This document shows positions 20,178-31,067 of a stretch of 64,000 nucleotides of DNA, one piece after another. This DNA is from an uncultured Planctomycetaceae bacterium (GTDB lineage: Bacteria; Planctomycetota; Planctomycetia; Isosphaerales; Isosphaeraceae): assembly GCA_963833985.1 (NCBI GenBank), contig CAWIAD010000001.1, positions 3,200,001 through 3,264,000 on the forward strand. The letters run 5' to 3'. How positions within the stretch are numbered: the first letter of the stretch is position 1; each line of letters begins with the position of its first letter. The position numbers and the translations under genes are program-made. A model generated the notes under the pieces. It was not told where the DNA came from. It ran no database searches and was given only the letters and a program-made list of their open reading frames with translations.

Positions 20178-20262
20178 GCTTCGTTCCTCCTTCCACCTCT
20201 TCCGGCAGACCAACCCCAGCCGGGCCTCAGGCCGGATGCCCCGCGCACCGGGTGCGAAACGC

Positions 20263-21438
20263 ATGCGAATCCCTCTGATCTCGCAGAAGACCTCGCGCTT
20301 CACCGAGAGCGTCATCCGCGGCATGTCGATCGAGGCGAACCGGTACGGCGCGGTGAACCTGGCGCAGGGGATGCCCGATTTTCCCGCCCCCCAGGCCGTG
20401 AAGGACGCCGCCTGCCGAGCCATCCAGGACGACATCAACCAGTACGCGATCACCTGGGGCTCCAGCAAGCTAAGACAGGCCATCGCGGAACACGCCGCAT
20501 GGCACCTGGGCCTGGTCGTCGACCCCGAAACCGAGATCACGGTCACCTGCGGCAGCACGGAAGCCATGCTGGTGGTGCTGCTCTCGCTCATCAACCCGGG
20601 CGATGAGGTGATCCTCTCGCAGCCTTTCTACGAGAACTACTGGCCCGACTGTATCCTGGCGGGCGCGACCCCGCGCTTCGTCCCCGTGCGTCCGCCACAC
20701 TGGAGGTACGATCCCGACGAGCTGGCCGCGGCATTCAACGACCGCACCAAGGCCATCATCCTTTGCAATCCCAGCAACCCCACGGGCGCCGTGCTGACCC
20801 GCGAGGAGATCGAGACGATCTCCGCGCTCTGCCGCAAGTGGGATGCGATCGCCGTCACCGACGAGATCTACGAGCACATCATCTACGACGGTAAGGCCCA
20901 CACGGCGATCGCCGGCCTCGACGGGATGTACGAGCGATCGGTGACGATCAGCGGCATGTCCAAGACCTACGCCGTGACCGGCTGGCGCATCGGCACCATC
21001 ACGGCGCCCGCGGACCTGACGCGGACCTTCCGCCAGATCCACGACTTCGTCTCGATCGGCGCCGCGGCCCCACTCCAGGAAGCCGGCGCCGTGGCGTATC
21101 GTCTGCCGCGCGGCTACTACGCCGGGCTCGCCGCTGACTACCAGGCGCGCCGCGATCGGCTCTGCGGGGTGCTCCGGGAGGTTGGCTTCACTTTCGATCC
21201 GCCCGAGGGCGCCTATTACATCATGGCGGGCATCTCGGCCCTTGGCGCCGAGGACGACGTGGCGTTCGCCCGCCACCTGGTCCGCGACGTCGGCGTGGCC
21301 ACGGTCCCCGGCTCCAGCTTCTTCCAGGACAAATCACTGGGCCGACAGTACATCCGCTTCTGCTTTTGCAAGCGCGATGAGACGCTCGATTCCGCCGCCG
21401 AGCGGCTGAGAACGCTCAAGGCCCGCTTGCCGCAGTGA
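20263..21438 (+). CDS. PLP-dependent aminotransferase class I/II
   Basis: VNLAQGMPDF, CNPSNPTG, TDEIYEHI and SGMSKTYAVTGWRIG (PLP Lys) motifs. Confidence 0.93.
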   Translation: MRIPLISQKTSRFTESVIRGMSIEANRYGAVNLAQGMPDFPAPQAVKDAACRAIQDDINQYAITWGSSKLRQAIAEHAAWHLGLVVDPETEITVTCGSTEAMLVVLLSLINPGDEVILSQPFYENYWPDCILAGATPRFVPVRPPHWRYDPDELAAAFNDRTKAIILCNPSNPTGAVLTREEIETISALCRKWDAIAVTDEIYEHIIYDGKAHTAIAGLDGMYERSVTISGMSKTYAVTGWRIGTITAPADLTRTFRQIHDFVSIGAAAPLQEAGAVAYRLPRGYYAGLAADYQARRDRLCGVLREVGFTFDPPEGAYYIMAGISALGAEDDVAFARHLVRDVGVATVPGSSFFQDKSLGRQYIRFCFCKRDETLDSAAERLRTLKARLPQ

Positions 21439-21479
21439 GCGAGCCTGCTGTCCGTGTGACGAGCAAGGCACGCGCGGCA

Positions 21480-23396
21480 TCACCTGGATTTGCCCGGCTC
21501 GGTGACTCCCTCGGCCAGGCCCCGCAGCGCGTGCAGCTTCGCGTCGGGATAGCGCTGGGTTCCGGCCCAGCCCAGAGCACCTTGCGGATCGCCAAGCTCG
21601 GTCTGGCGGCGGGTGATGTGCTCCAGTGTCTCGTAGGCCTCGTCGGCCCGCAGCGACGCCTTGAGCAAGGCGTCGATCGATTTGAGTGCTCCGCGGACGT
21701 CAGCGGCCTTGAGGCGGTCCTCGGCGATCTGCCGAAGGGTTCGGGCCGCGAGGAACCCGTTCCAGGAGATTTTCTGCCCTTTGAACTGGTCGATCATGTT
21801 GAGGGCTTCGTCCAGATTGCCGAGGCGTGCTTTGGTCTGAGCGATCTCTGCCGTTGCCGACGAGCCGGGGTCATAGTCGTCGACACCGGGGGGCGCGGTG
21901 ACATCCAGTTCCGGCATACGCCACATCGCATCGCCGGGAACTTTGTGCGAAGCCGCGACGGCCGGGTCAATCAGGTCGCGAGCCGCGGCGCCATGGTTGG
22001 CCTCGAATTCCTTGACGGCGACCTCGGAGAGAATGGAGATCTTCCCTTCATGGCTCGCCAGCATCTCCGCCGTGCGTCTTGCCCCGATGAGGTCGCCGGC
22101 TTGCGCCTGGAGCACTCCCAGCCGGACGAGGGGAAAGTAGCTCTCGGCATCCTCGTTGACAAAGCCCGCGATCATCTCGAGTGCCACCTGCACCGTATCC
22201 TTGGCGGCCTCGAATTGTTTCGCCTTGATCTGGGCGCTGGCCACTTCCTTCATGACCTCGACACGCGCGTGTGTGGCATGGAAGGTCTGCACGTTGTTTA
22301 CCGGATGAGGCGCATCCACCATCTTGTAGGCCATCTCGGCGTCGCCCAGCCGCGCGAAGGCTTCAGCAACACGGCGATAGACCTTGATCTTCTTTGAGGG
22401 CCGATCGTATTCCGCCTTCTCGGTCAGCCGCACCAGGCGGTCCATGAACTGGGCCTCGACGGGCAAGTCGCTCGCCGCGATGGCATCGGCGACGACCCAG
22501 ACGGCGAATGTCTTGAGGTCGCCCTTGAGTCGTTCTTCCACGCTCTTCAAGGCACCGTCGAGCTGCTTCGCCTTTACTCGTGCCCGTAGCACGCTGGCCA
22601 GGTCCTTGGCCTGAAGGAACGGGTTCCGATTCGAAAGCGCGATCTCCACGGCGTGGGCCCACGCCCCGGCCGCAGCTTGAGGCGGCTGAGCGGCTGCAAT
22701 TTCGGCAAGTGCCTGGACCCTGGCTCTTTCGTTCTTGATCGAGTCAGCCGTCTCGAGCGCCTGGTGAAAGCTTTCCGCTGATCCGTTTGCGTCGCCGATC
22801 TCGGCCTGGGCCTGCGCAATTCTCCGCAGCGCGCCGGCCTTCTTGTAGAGCGGGTCTCCCTGGGTCTCCATGCCGGGCGGTAGCGGAAACGGGAAGGGTG
22901 ATTCCGCCTTGATGCCCCGCGCCGACTGCAACGCCTGGCGGAGATTGAACCTGGCCTCGTCCTGATCGCCGGCGGCGGCTTGAGCCTTTGCAATCTCCAC
23001 GAAGAGCCGGGCTTTCTCCTCGGAGGCGTCCACCGAGGCCAGCTCCGCGGCCCGATCCGCCGCGGCCTGCCAGGTGGCCCGGGCCGCGGACCTATCGCCG
23101 ACCCGCGCTTGCGCCCGGCCGATGGCGATCACCACGTCGGCCGCCAGCTCCTTGGAGAGTTGCATGGCGAACATCTCCGGTGAAGGGAGGCGAAATCCGC
23201 GTTCCGACTTCTCCGCTTCCTTGAATTCGGACTGGATCATCTCCAGTGCTCCGCGGAGCACTTGCTTGAGTTGATCCGCGGACGGGGCGGCCTGAGCCTT
23301 GACCTGACTGTTCCCGGACTTTGACTCCTGAGCATGAAGTAAGTCGAGCGGCCACAGCAAGCCCGTCAGCGCGACGAGGGCGCAGGCGCGTGTCAT
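21480..23396 (-). CDS. Secreted TPR-like alpha-helical repeat protein
   Basis: Signal peptide; repeats IAKAQAAAGD, IAQAQAEIGD and LQAQAGD. Confidence 0.8.
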   Translation of the reverse strand: MTRACALVALTGLLWPLDLLHAQESKSGNSQVKAQAAPSADQLKQVLRGALEMIQSEFKEAEKSERGFRLPSPEMFAMQLSKELAADVVIAIGRAQARVGDRSAARATWQAAADRAAELASVDASEEKARLFVEIAKAQAAAGDQDEARFNLRQALQSARGIKAESPFPFPLPPGMETQGDPLYKKAGALRRIAQAQAEIGDANGSAESFHQALETADSIKNERARVQALAEIAAAQPPQAAAGAWAHAVEIALSNRNPFLQAKDLASVLRARVKAKQLDGALKSVEERLKGDLKTFAVWVVADAIAASDLPVEAQFMDRLVRLTEKAEYDRPSKKIKVYRRVAEAFARLGDAEMAYKMVDAPHPVNNVQTFHATHARVEVMKEVASAQIKAKQFEAAKDTVQVALEMIAGFVNEDAESYFPLVRLGVLQAQAGDLIGARRTAEMLASHEGKISILSEVAVKEFEANHGAAARDLIDPAVAASHKVPGDAMWRMPELDVTAPPGVDDYDPGSSATAEIAQTKARLGNLDEALNMIDQFKGQKISWNGFLAARTLRQIAEDRLKAADVRGALKSIDALLKASLRADEAYETLEHITRRQTELGDPQGALGWAGTQRYPDAKLHALRGLAEGVTEPGKSR

Positions 23397-23646
23397 GGAA
23401 GTGGTCCTTGAGAAGTGGGACGCAAAGATCGGTCAGATCAATCTACAGGTGGATCCCACGCTTCGCCAGGAAAATTTCGCCGCAATTTCGTGCAGCTCAC
23501 CGGAAGTGAAACGATCTCGGCACCCTCTGTCGCGGACACGTTGCACGTCGTACGATTGTGGGCACCGTCGCTGCGACGGCACAATTCTGCGCCGGACCAG
23601 CGCCTGGCCGCGTCAGTCCACTTCCTGTCACAGTGGGGCAAACTCC

Positions 23647-24402
23647 ATGAGGTTTCTTTTCCGTGCGGCTTTCGCGATCTTCTACGTAGCAACCGCGGGC
23701 AGTCTGGCAAGGGCCGATGACAAGGACCCGAACGCGGTTCTGGACAAGGCCATCAAGGCCATGGGAGGCGAGGAGAAACTCAAGCACGTCGACGCGTTGT
23801 CCTGGACATCCAAGGCGGACATCACGTTCAACGAAAACACGAGCCACTTCACCAGCCACGCGACCCTCCAGGGGCCTGATCATTACCGCTCCGAGATGGA
23901 GGGGGAGTTCGGCGGCAACCCTGTCAAGGGCGTGACCGTCATCAACGGCGACAAGGGCTGGCGGAAATTCGGCGACAACAAGATGGATCTCGAGGGAGAT
24001 GCGCTTGCCAATGAGAAGCGTCGAATGCAGCTCCAGGTTCTGCCAACCCTGCTGGTCCCCCTGAAGGGGAATGGCTACAAGCTGGAGTCCGTCGCCGAAG
24101 AAAAGGTCGAGGGCAAGCCGGCCTCCGGCATCAAGGTGACCGGTCCCGATGGCAAGGATTTCACGCTCTACTTCGACAAGGAAAGCGGATTGCCGGTCAA
24201 GCTGGTCGCCAGGGTGGTTGGCTTCGGGAATAATGAGTACACCCAGGAGACGAGCTTCAAGGATTACAAGGACTTCGAGGGCATCAAGAAGGCCACCAAG
24301 TCCGACAGCAAGCGTGACGGCGAAGACTTCATCAAGTCCGAGGTCACGGAGTTCAAGGTCCTGGACAAGGTCGACGCCAAGACCTTCTCCGAGCCGGAAT
24401 GA
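23647..24402 (+). CDS. Secreted hypothetical protein (LolA-like beta fold suspected)
   Basis: Signal peptide then AVLDKAIKAMGG...VINGDKGW...LYFDKESGLPVK...FKDYKDFEG. Confidence 0.8.
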   Translation: MRFLFRAAFAIFYVATAGSLARADDKDPNAVLDKAIKAMGGEEKLKHVDALSWTSKADITFNENTSHFTSHATLQGPDHYRSEMEGEFGGNPVKGVTVINGDKGWRKFGDNKMDLEGDALANEKRRMQLQVLPTLLVPLKGNGYKLESVAEEKVEGKPASGIKVTGPDGKDFTLYFDKESGLPVKLVARVVGFGNNEYTQETSFKDYKDFEGIKKATKSDSKRDGEDFIKSEVTEFKVLDKVDAKTFSEPE

Positions 24403-24555
24403 GCCGCGGCGGTCGAGCGGAGATTCTGGGAATCTGCCTCGACCGGGCCGTCATCACCGAGAAGAGCATGGCCGAGCCGGTTCCATCGCGTACCGGCTCG
24501 GCCAGCAGTCTCTGGGGCAGCTCGAAGGCGAGCGCCACCCACGCAAGCGAACCGT

Positions 24556-25491
24556 TTACACTTCCCGCGCCGGGTGTCTTGCAAGCTCGTGCCGATGCAC
24601 GTACGGCTCCAGGTGCACGAGGACGTCGCGCAGGTTCGTGAAGCGGCGCAGCAGGTCGTCTTTCACCAGGTGGCTGATGCGGTGGCCCTCGTCCACGGTT
24701 TGATCGGCGCACACCTGGATATGGATGTCCACGAGGTATTCCAGGCCGGACTTGCGGACCCACAGCTTGTCGACCCGCATGACGCCCGGCACCGAGGCTG
24801 CCGCGGCGCGAACCTCCTGGACGAAGGGCCCTGCGGCCTGGGCATCCATCAGCTCCTGGGCGCTCGACCAGAAGAGCCGCGAAGCCGACGCGAGGATCAA
24901 GCCCACAACGACCAGGGCGGCGACGGAGTCGGCCAGCAGGTAGCGCGGTCCGCCCAGGCGCGCGAGCAACAGACCGGTGAGCACGGCCAGGGCGCTGAAG
25001 GCGTCGGCGCGGTGGTCCCAGGCGTTGGCGATGATCGCGCTGGAGCCGGCTCGGCGGCCGAGCCGGATCTTGTACTGGTAGAGGGCTTCCTTGATCACGA
25101 CGTTGCCGGCGGCGATGACCAGCGTCCAGGCGGGGGGAGCGCCATGCGGCTGCTGCCAGAATCCTGCGATCGCTTCCCAGCCCACCAGCAGCGCCGAGGT
25201 GATCACCAGGACCGCGACATTCGAGCCGGCGATCGCCTCGGCGCGCGTATGGCCGTAGGGATGCTCGGCGTCGGCCGGCTTCTGGGCCACGCGGAAGGCG
25301 AGCAACACCGCGACGCTCGTGAAGACGTCGCCCAGCGAGTTGACCGCGTCGGAGACCAGCGCTCGGGACCCGCCCAGGATCCCGCCCGCGAACTTGGCAG
25401 CGCCCAGGAGCAGGTTGACGGCGAGGCCCAGCCACGTGGCCCGTACCGCTTCGTGGTAAAGGTGGTACTTCCCGGGCCGGTCGAGGGTCAT
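24556..25491 (-). CDS. Cation diffusion facilitator (FieF-like) transporter
   Basis: SDAVNSLGD, PADAEHPYGHTRAE, ANAWDHRAD and DVLVHLEP motifs. Confidence 0.92.
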   Translation of the reverse strand: MTLDRPGKYHLYHEAVRATWLGLAVNLLLGAAKFAGGILGGSRALVSDAVNSLGDVFTSVAVLLAFRVAQKPADAEHPYGHTRAEAIAGSNVAVLVITSALLVGWEAIAGFWQQPHGAPPAWTLVIAAGNVVIKEALYQYKIRLGRRAGSSAIIANAWDHRADAFSALAVLTGLLLARLGGPRYLLADSVAALVVVGLILASASRLFWSSAQELMDAQAAGPFVQEVRAAAASVPGVMRVDKLWVRKSGLEYLVDIHIQVCADQTVDEGHRISHLVKDDLLRRFTNLRDVLVHLEPYVHRHELARHPAREV

Positions 25492-25550
25492 CGGGCGTTT
25501 CTCCTGGCGCGGGCCACGACGTCTCACCGGCAAAGTCGGATCAAGGGCCC

Positions 25551-26477
25551 CTAGCTGGTGATGCCCTTGGTCAGGTGCATGAAGGCGGTCTCCAGGTTGA
25601 TCTCGTCTTCCTTGAACAGGGTCAGCTCGAACCCCTGGTGGATGAGCCGGCTGGCCAGGAAGCCATATTCGTGCACCCCCTCGTTGAGCTTGACCACCAG
25701 CACGCCATTCTTGTCCTGGACGCTCTCGACCTCCGGCTGGCTCTCCAGGCTGCTGGCGGCGTCGGTCATCCGGTTCGAGACCGCGATGTTCAGGACGATG
25801 TCGCTGCGCACCTGCTTCATCACGTCCGTGACTGCTCCGTTGACCAGCAGCTTGCCCTGCTCGATGATGCCGATCTTGTTACAGATGTCGGCCAGCTCGG
25901 GAAGGATGTGGCTGGAGACGAGGATCGTCTTGCCCATCGCCCGCAACTCCTTGAGCAGGGCACGCATCTCGATGCGGGCGCGAGGGTCCAGGCCGGAAGC
26001 CGGCTCGTCCAGCAACAAGACCTGGGGATCATGCAGCAGGGTCCGCGCCAGGCCGAGCCGCTGGGTCATCCCGCGCGACAGGCTGGTGACCAGGGCATCG
26101 CGCTTGTACGTCAGGTCCACCAGCTCGAGGACTTCCTCGCAGATCTTCTTCCGCGCGGGCCCCTTGATGCGGTAAGCCGACGCGAAGAATTCGAGGTACT
26201 CAATGACTTTCATGTCATCATAGACGCCGAAGAAGTCTGGCATGTAGCCGATCAGCCGGCGGATCTCCTTCGAGCCGGTGTAGATCGAGTAGCCGCAGAC
26301 CGAAGCCTCGCCCCAGCTCGGATTCAACAGGGTCGCCAGGATGCGCATCGTCGTGGTCTTACCCGCACCGTTGGGGCCGATGAAGCCGTAGACATCGCCC
26401 TGGGCAAGGTTGAGATTCAGCCGGTTCAGGGCATACAGCTCGCCGTACATCTTGGTGAGGTCGTTGGTCTCGATCAT
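25551..26477 (-). CDS. ABC transporter ATP-binding protein (CcmA/DrrA-like)
   Basis: Walker A GPNGAGKTT, signature LSRGM, Walker B LLLDEP, SSH switch. Confidence 0.95.
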   Translation of the reverse strand: MIETNDLTKMYGELYALNRLNLNLAQGDVYGFIGPNGAGKTTTMRILATLLNPSWGEASVCGYSIYTGSKEIRRLIGYMPDFFGVYDDMKVIEYLEFFASAYRIKGPARKKICEEVLELVDLTYKRDALVTSLSRGMTQRLGLARTLLHDPQVLLLDEPASGLDPRARIEMRALLKELRAMGKTILVSSHILPELADICNKIGIIEQGKLLVNGAVTDVMKQVRSDIVLNIAVSNRMTDAASSLESQPEVESVQDKNGVLVVKLNEGVHEYGFLASRLIHQGFELTLFKEDEINLETAFMHLTKGITS

Positions 26478-26538
26478 CGCGATTCGCCTTGGTGTCGATC
26501 GGACAGGAAAGCCGGGTCATGACGACGCGGGCCATGCC

Positions 26539-28965
26539 TCATGGAGTAAGCGCGGACCGGGATGCCGCCAGGTCTTGCGGAACGGTGGCGGCGGCGCCGT
26601 ACCGGTTGGCCGCAGGCGGTTTCTTGAGCGGCAAGACGACCCGGATCATGGTGGTCTGGTCGATCTTCGGTTCGCTGGGTGCGTTTTCCAGAACAAGCTG
26701 CGCGCCGGGCCGCTTGATGCGGGCTGTGAGTATGGGCCGGTCCAGGGCAAGCTGCGCGGACAGGTCCAGGTCGCGCAGCACGGCGTTGCCCAAGGTCCCT
26801 TCGGAGGCTCGCGAGGATTCGCTGCCGTGGAACATGAGCGCCAGCAGCAGGTCGGACCGGTTGATCTTGAGGTTCCGGCTGCTGGGCTGGTCCGACAGAA
26901 AGTTCTTGGAGCGGTCGCGGAGCAGATTGGCCAGGTTGCGGTCTCCGGTAAGCTCCACCTTGATGGTGGCGCCGGGCGCCAGGTCGCCCAGCATGTAGAC
27001 CTGCTTGCCGAAGGCCAGCAAGGCATCCTCCAGCGTGTCGCTCTGGCGGTTGGTGACCGTGCCACCCAGGCGGTCGGTGCCCACCAGCCGCAGGTTGGCG
27101 TCCACGATGGGGCTGGCAGGACCATGCCCGAGCCACCGGGCCGTGATGGCCTTGGTGCTCCAGATCGGCACGCGCACGTTCTCCAGGCGCTCCAGGCTGC
27201 CGGTCGGCTGGTAGGCATAGCCGCCTGCTGCGAACCGGAACCGGTTCGACCCCCCCATCGCACCAAACTGCGTCTCGGGCACGCTGAACCAGGTCGTTAG
27301 CAGCTCGATACCTGGCGCGGGGCGGGGCGGTTCGCCGGCGGGATTCGCCTCGGCGAGCGGCTTCACTGCATGATCCAGATCGGCAGGCACCGGCAGGAAG
27401 CCAATGTTGTAATCGCGGTTCTGCGGGCTGAAGAGGCTGAGCACCGTTCGCCCGCGAACCAGGCCGGCCGTCTGATCGACGTCGATCACGTCCACCTTGT
27501 TAACCAGCAGATCGTTCCCCTTCATCGCGTAGGCTGCGAAGTACGCCAGCAGGCTCACGCTCAGCACGATGGTGGGAAAGGTGATCCAGGTCAGCTCCAT
27601 GCGCTTGAGTACCTTCTTCAGGAAGAAGTAGTCGCCCGGACCGATGATCAGGATGTAAAGGAAGATGAAGAAGGCAACCCAGCCAAAAGGGATCAGCTTG
27701 ACGCCGGGGAACTGCTCGAGAGCAATGCGCAACTGGCTGGACAGGTCCGACACGCCCGACTGGTAAAACCGCCCCGGTCCCGTCAGCGCGACCGCGGCCC
27801 CGGCCGGATCGACTCGCTCATGCCGGAGGTCTGCGGCCCGTGCCCAGAAGAGCCCACGGTCGGCCCAGTTACTGAACAGCGGCTGGGCAACGCCTAGACC
27901 AATCAAGGTGATGCGGCCGAATCCGCAAGGGCCGCGCACGACCAGCGGCAGGTCCCCCATGAAGCTCAGCAGCTTTCCCCCGCGCTCGTCGACTTGCTCC
28001 AGCCGCGTCACCAGCACCGGCGGCGTGCCGGCCGGCGTGATCGGCTTGGTCGAGCCAGCGAAGTAGTCGAGGGCTTCCAGCGACTGCACTCGCTCCTGGC
28101 CGGCCGGCTGTGCGGGCAAGACGGGACCGAGCACGCTGTCGCGCACCGCCTGCCAGTTCGCACCCACGGCCACCACCAGATGGCCACCGTGGCGCACCCA
28201 CTCCACCAGGGCTTGCCCCTTGAGGCCCGTCAGCAAGTCGAGCGTGGCACGATCGTCGGTATCCACGATGATCGCCTGCGCCGCGTCGAAACCGTACCAG
28301 CGTCCCGGAACCTGGTCTGCCTCCACGTCGATCCGAACCAGAACGATCTCGGTGGCTGCCGGTCCCGATGAACCCTGCTGCCTGGTTCCCCCCGGGGCAA
28401 ACCCGGGGAGCGTGGGCAGTTGATCCACTCCGGCGGGCTGTCCCATGGTGAGGATGAGCGCCTCATCGGGCATGATCGGCTCCGGAGGTGCCGCCATGCT
28501 GTGCTCCTGGTCCGCCTCGAAGAGCCGCCGGCCCCGGCTGTCGAGCACGCGGATGGTGAACTCGGTATCGCGGCCGCCGGGACGAGCGTAGGCCGTCAGC
28601 CGTGCCGACTCATGAGGCGCAATATCCAGAGGTTGCAGATACGATGTCGGAATGCCATCGTCGTCGGGCACGATCGTCTCCAGGAAACCGGAGATCCGCT
28701 CGTCGCCGGCCCGGAGCTGAACGCCGACCGGTGTCCAGCAGCCCACCTTGTAGGCGTTGTGCGCGCCCAGGCCGATCCGGACGTTCTGAAGCTCGATGAC
28801 AGGAGGCGCTGCCAGCGCCGCTTGCCCGCATCCCCCGCAGACCGCGACCCGCAGCGCGATCAGCCAGAGAGCGGCCGGCCGGAAGCAGGGAAGCCGGCCA
28901 ATGCGAACGCCGCAGGCAGACGCCGCGCGGCCCGGTGAAAGCGCTGTCGTCAATGGCGAGGTCAT
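26539..28965 (-). CDS. Large membrane-anchored hypothetical protein upstream of the ABC ATPase (GATase-like domain plus two TM helices)
   Basis: 808 aa ORF; ALVEWVRHGGHLVV; hydrophobic VAFFIFLYILIIGPGDY and TWITFPTIVLSVSLLAY. Confidence 0.8.
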   Translation of the reverse strand: MTSPLTTALSPGRAASACGVRIGRLPCFRPAALWLIALRVAVCGGCGQAALAAPPVIELQNVRIGLGAHNAYKVGCWTPVGVQLRAGDERISGFLETIVPDDDGIPTSYLQPLDIAPHESARLTAYARPGGRDTEFTIRVLDSRGRRLFEADQEHSMAAPPEPIMPDEALILTMGQPAGVDQLPTLPGFAPGGTRQQGSSGPAATEIVLVRIDVEADQVPGRWYGFDAAQAIIVDTDDRATLDLLTGLKGQALVEWVRHGGHLVVAVGANWQAVRDSVLGPVLPAQPAGQERVQSLEALDYFAGSTKPITPAGTPPVLVTRLEQVDERGGKLLSFMGDLPLVVRGPCGFGRITLIGLGVAQPLFSNWADRGLFWARAADLRHERVDPAGAAVALTGPGRFYQSGVSDLSSQLRIALEQFPGVKLIPFGWVAFFIFLYILIIGPGDYFFLKKVLKRMELTWITFPTIVLSVSLLAYFAAYAMKGNDLLVNKVDVIDVDQTAGLVRGRTVLSLFSPQNRDYNIGFLPVPADLDHAVKPLAEANPAGEPPRPAPGIELLTTWFSVPETQFGAMGGSNRFRFAAGGYAYQPTGSLERLENVRVPIWSTKAITARWLGHGPASPIVDANLRLVGTDRLGGTVTNRQSDTLEDALLAFGKQVYMLGDLAPGATIKVELTGDRNLANLLRDRSKNFLSDQPSSRNLKINRSDLLLALMFHGSESSRASEGTLGNAVLRDLDLSAQLALDRPILTARIKRPGAQLVLENAPSEPKIDQTTMIRVVLPLKKPPAANRYGAAATVPQDLAASRSALTP

Positions 28966-29073
28966 GGTGGCCGATCTTGCTGTTCAGGCGGTCGATGCAG
29001 GTTCACGAGATCGCGACACGAGAAACACGATCATGGAATCAGGAGCGGGGTGCGTGGCGGATGACCGGCCGGT

Positions 29074-29397
29074 TCATGGTTTCTCGGCCGGATCGCACAC
29101 GCAGGGAACCCGAGCGCATCCGGGGCAACCACGACCGTACTTGCGGCAGACGGCCGCCGAGAGGCTGATCCCTCGGATGTTGGCCAGGGTCGCCAGCCAG
29201 GCGAGAACGTCGGCCATCTCCGCGGCAAGCTCATCATCGTCGCCAGCCCGCAGCGCCGAGGCGAGCTCACCAAATTCCTCGGTCAGCCAGAGAAACGTGG
29301 CCGCGTCGCCGCGGGCCGCGTCCTTGGCGCCGTACATCTGGTAGATCCGCTCTTGGAGCGCGGAGAGGGTCCAGTCGCCTTCGCCAGAGTCGCTCAT
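29074..29397 (-). CDS. MazG-like nucleotide pyrophosphohydrolase
   Basis: LWLTEEFGEL...ELAAEMADVLAWLATLAN; C-terminal CPGC..PCVC. Confidence 0.85.
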   Translation of the reverse strand: MSDSGEGDWTLSALQERIYQMYGAKDAARGDAATFLWLTEEFGELASALRAGDDDELAAEMADVLAWLATLANIRGISLSAAVCRKYGRGCPGCARVPCVCDPAEKP

Positions 29398-29513
29398 GGA
29401 GGTAGTTTACAGAGTCCGACCCGGAGCGTGCGAGGGCATTTGCCGGAGCCCGCAAACCGTTACGGGTGCTGGCGCCTGTCCTTGGGGACTGGTCTGGGTT
29501 GGAGACGCGAGCC

Positions 29514-29786
29514 TCAATCGTCCGCGCCCTTGCTGGCGAAGACGGGCGTGGCCGGAGCGGTCTCGAACCGGGGGATGTTCCGGGTGCTCGTCTCGCCCGG
29601 CTCCGCGGTCGCGATGAGGCTGATCTCGGTCTCGAACCGGAAGGCGCGGCGGTGATCCACGCACTCGATGAGCAAGATCGTTGGCTGCCGCTTCTCGACG
29701 ATTCGATGGATGACAAGCCCTTCGGAGTACTGCCCGCTGGCGGTCTTGAAGCGAACGAGGTCACCCAGGGCAAACGGCCGGTTCAT
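29514..29786 (-). CDS. Small hypothetical protein (SH3-like beta content)
   Basis: AGGAGG RBS upstream of MNRPFALGDLVRFKT. Confidence 0.55.
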   Translation of the reverse strand: MNRPFALGDLVRFKTASGQYSEGLVIHRIVEKRQPTILLIECVDHRRAFRFETEISLIATAEPGETSTRNIPRFETAPATPVFASKGADD

Positions 29787-29898
29787 GGGGTCTCCCTCCT
29801 GGAGAAAAGGATCGCGGGGATCCAAGTTTCCGGTGTCCTACCAGCGAAGATTGTTACCACTCCGGCCGTGTTTGTCAGCTCCAATGTTCAGGAAAAAA

Positions 29899-30981
29899 TC
29901 AGCTTTTCGTGAACGCGGAGAGCTTCTCCAGTAGCGGGTCAATGATCGGCTTGAGCTTCTCGCTGACTCCGGGAATCGCCAGTACTTTCGCCACCAGTTC
30001 CTTGAGTTTCCCCAGGTGGTCGGCGGCCGTCCTGGCGACAGTGGATTTGACCGTCTCGGGCAGCTTGTCCCAGAGGCCCTTCAGCTCATCCAGCCGGGGC
30101 GTCATTCCGCTTAACCTGGGAGCGGCGGCTTCTGCCGTGGGCACGTCCTTCACTCCGCCCAGCAGGTCGGTCAAGTTGCTGAACACGCCCGTCAGATCCG
30201 CAGTCATCCTGGCGGTCTCGGGAATACTCGCGCCCGTCACCGCGGGCGCGGCAGACGCCGGGTGAGGAGCGTCCTTCACGGCGGGTGTTACCGACTCGAC
30301 AGCGGGCTTCTCATCGGTGGCAGGCGGATTACCGAAGAAAAACCAGGCAACGAGCCCCAGCAAGCAGAGCCCCACCAGGGGAAGCAGCCAGGATGGTAAG
30401 CCTGAACCTTCCGTGGCCGTCGGTGTGACCGCGGGAGCGGTGGACGATGTGCCGGCGCCGAAGCCCGGAATTCCGGCCAGCGACAGTCCCGGCGGCAGCG
30501 CGGCGTCGATATGCGTTTTCTGCTCGGCGAAGAAGCTCGAGAGTGCCCCGGGATCGAGGGTCTTGCCCGAGAACTGCTTCGCGATCGTGGCCAGAATCAT
30601 GGGCGCCAGGTAACTGAGAAGGCTCTTGAGCGGGCCAGACGCCATTCCGCAGACCTTGCCCAGCACCGCGAGGATGGCCGGAAGGGAGCTGGACCCCAGC
30701 AGCATCTCCAGCAAGCTTCCCCCTTTTTTCGCGAGTTCGTCGGCCTTCCCCGAAGCGAGGATGTCGCCGAATCCACCGTGGTCCGTGCCGATCTGTTTCA
30801 AGGCGTCGATCACCTTCTCTGCATTGCCCCCGCTCACCAGGCGCGCCAGCACGGCGAGCACTCCGGGAATTGCCGCGCCCACGGCGCTGCGCGTCTTGTC
30901 TTCCCCCACTCCGACCAGGGAACTCAATTGACTCAGGACGTCATCACCAAGATTGCTCTTGATCTGATCAATGATGTTCAT
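29899..30981 (-). CDS. DUF937-domain membrane protein
   Basis: MNIIDQIK...SAVGAAIPGVL...LLEMLLG...LLSYLAPMIL; single TM (WLLPLVGLCLLGLVAWFFF); helical C-terminal domain. Confidence 0.85.
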   Translation of the reverse strand: MNIIDQIKSNLGDDVLSQLSSLVGVGEDKTRSAVGAAIPGVLAVLARLVSGGNAEKVIDALKQIGTDHGGFGDILASGKADELAKKGGSLLEMLLGSSSLPAILAVLGKVCGMASGPLKSLLSYLAPMILATIAKQFSGKTLDPGALSSFFAEQKTHIDAALPPGLSLAGIPGFGAGTSSTAPAVTPTATEGSGLPSWLLPLVGLCLLGLVAWFFFGNPPATDEKPAVESVTPAVKDAPHPASAAPAVTGASIPETARMTADLTGVFSNLTDLLGGVKDVPTAEAAAPRLSGMTPRLDELKGLWDKLPETVKSTVARTAADHLGKLKELVAKVLAIPGVSEKLKPIIDPLLEKLSAFTKS

Positions 30982-31067
30982 CGAAACTCTCCGCGCGAAC
31001 TGAGGGTGTGCCGATCGACGTCGACGACGAGCATCGCGACAACGCCGCGAAGACCTTTGAAGCATTC

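Noticed and set aside
23405..23460. TGGGACGCAAAG resembles the core of a c-di-GMP-I riboswitch
   Set aside because: The upstream GGCAAACC...GAAA stem is missing, and the segment is the RBS/leader region of the minus-strand gene starting at 23396.
29074..29397. MazG-like gene as part of a defence system
   Set aside because: It sits in an ordinary co-oriented run with ABC/CDF genes, has host-like composition, and has no toxin or effector neighbour.
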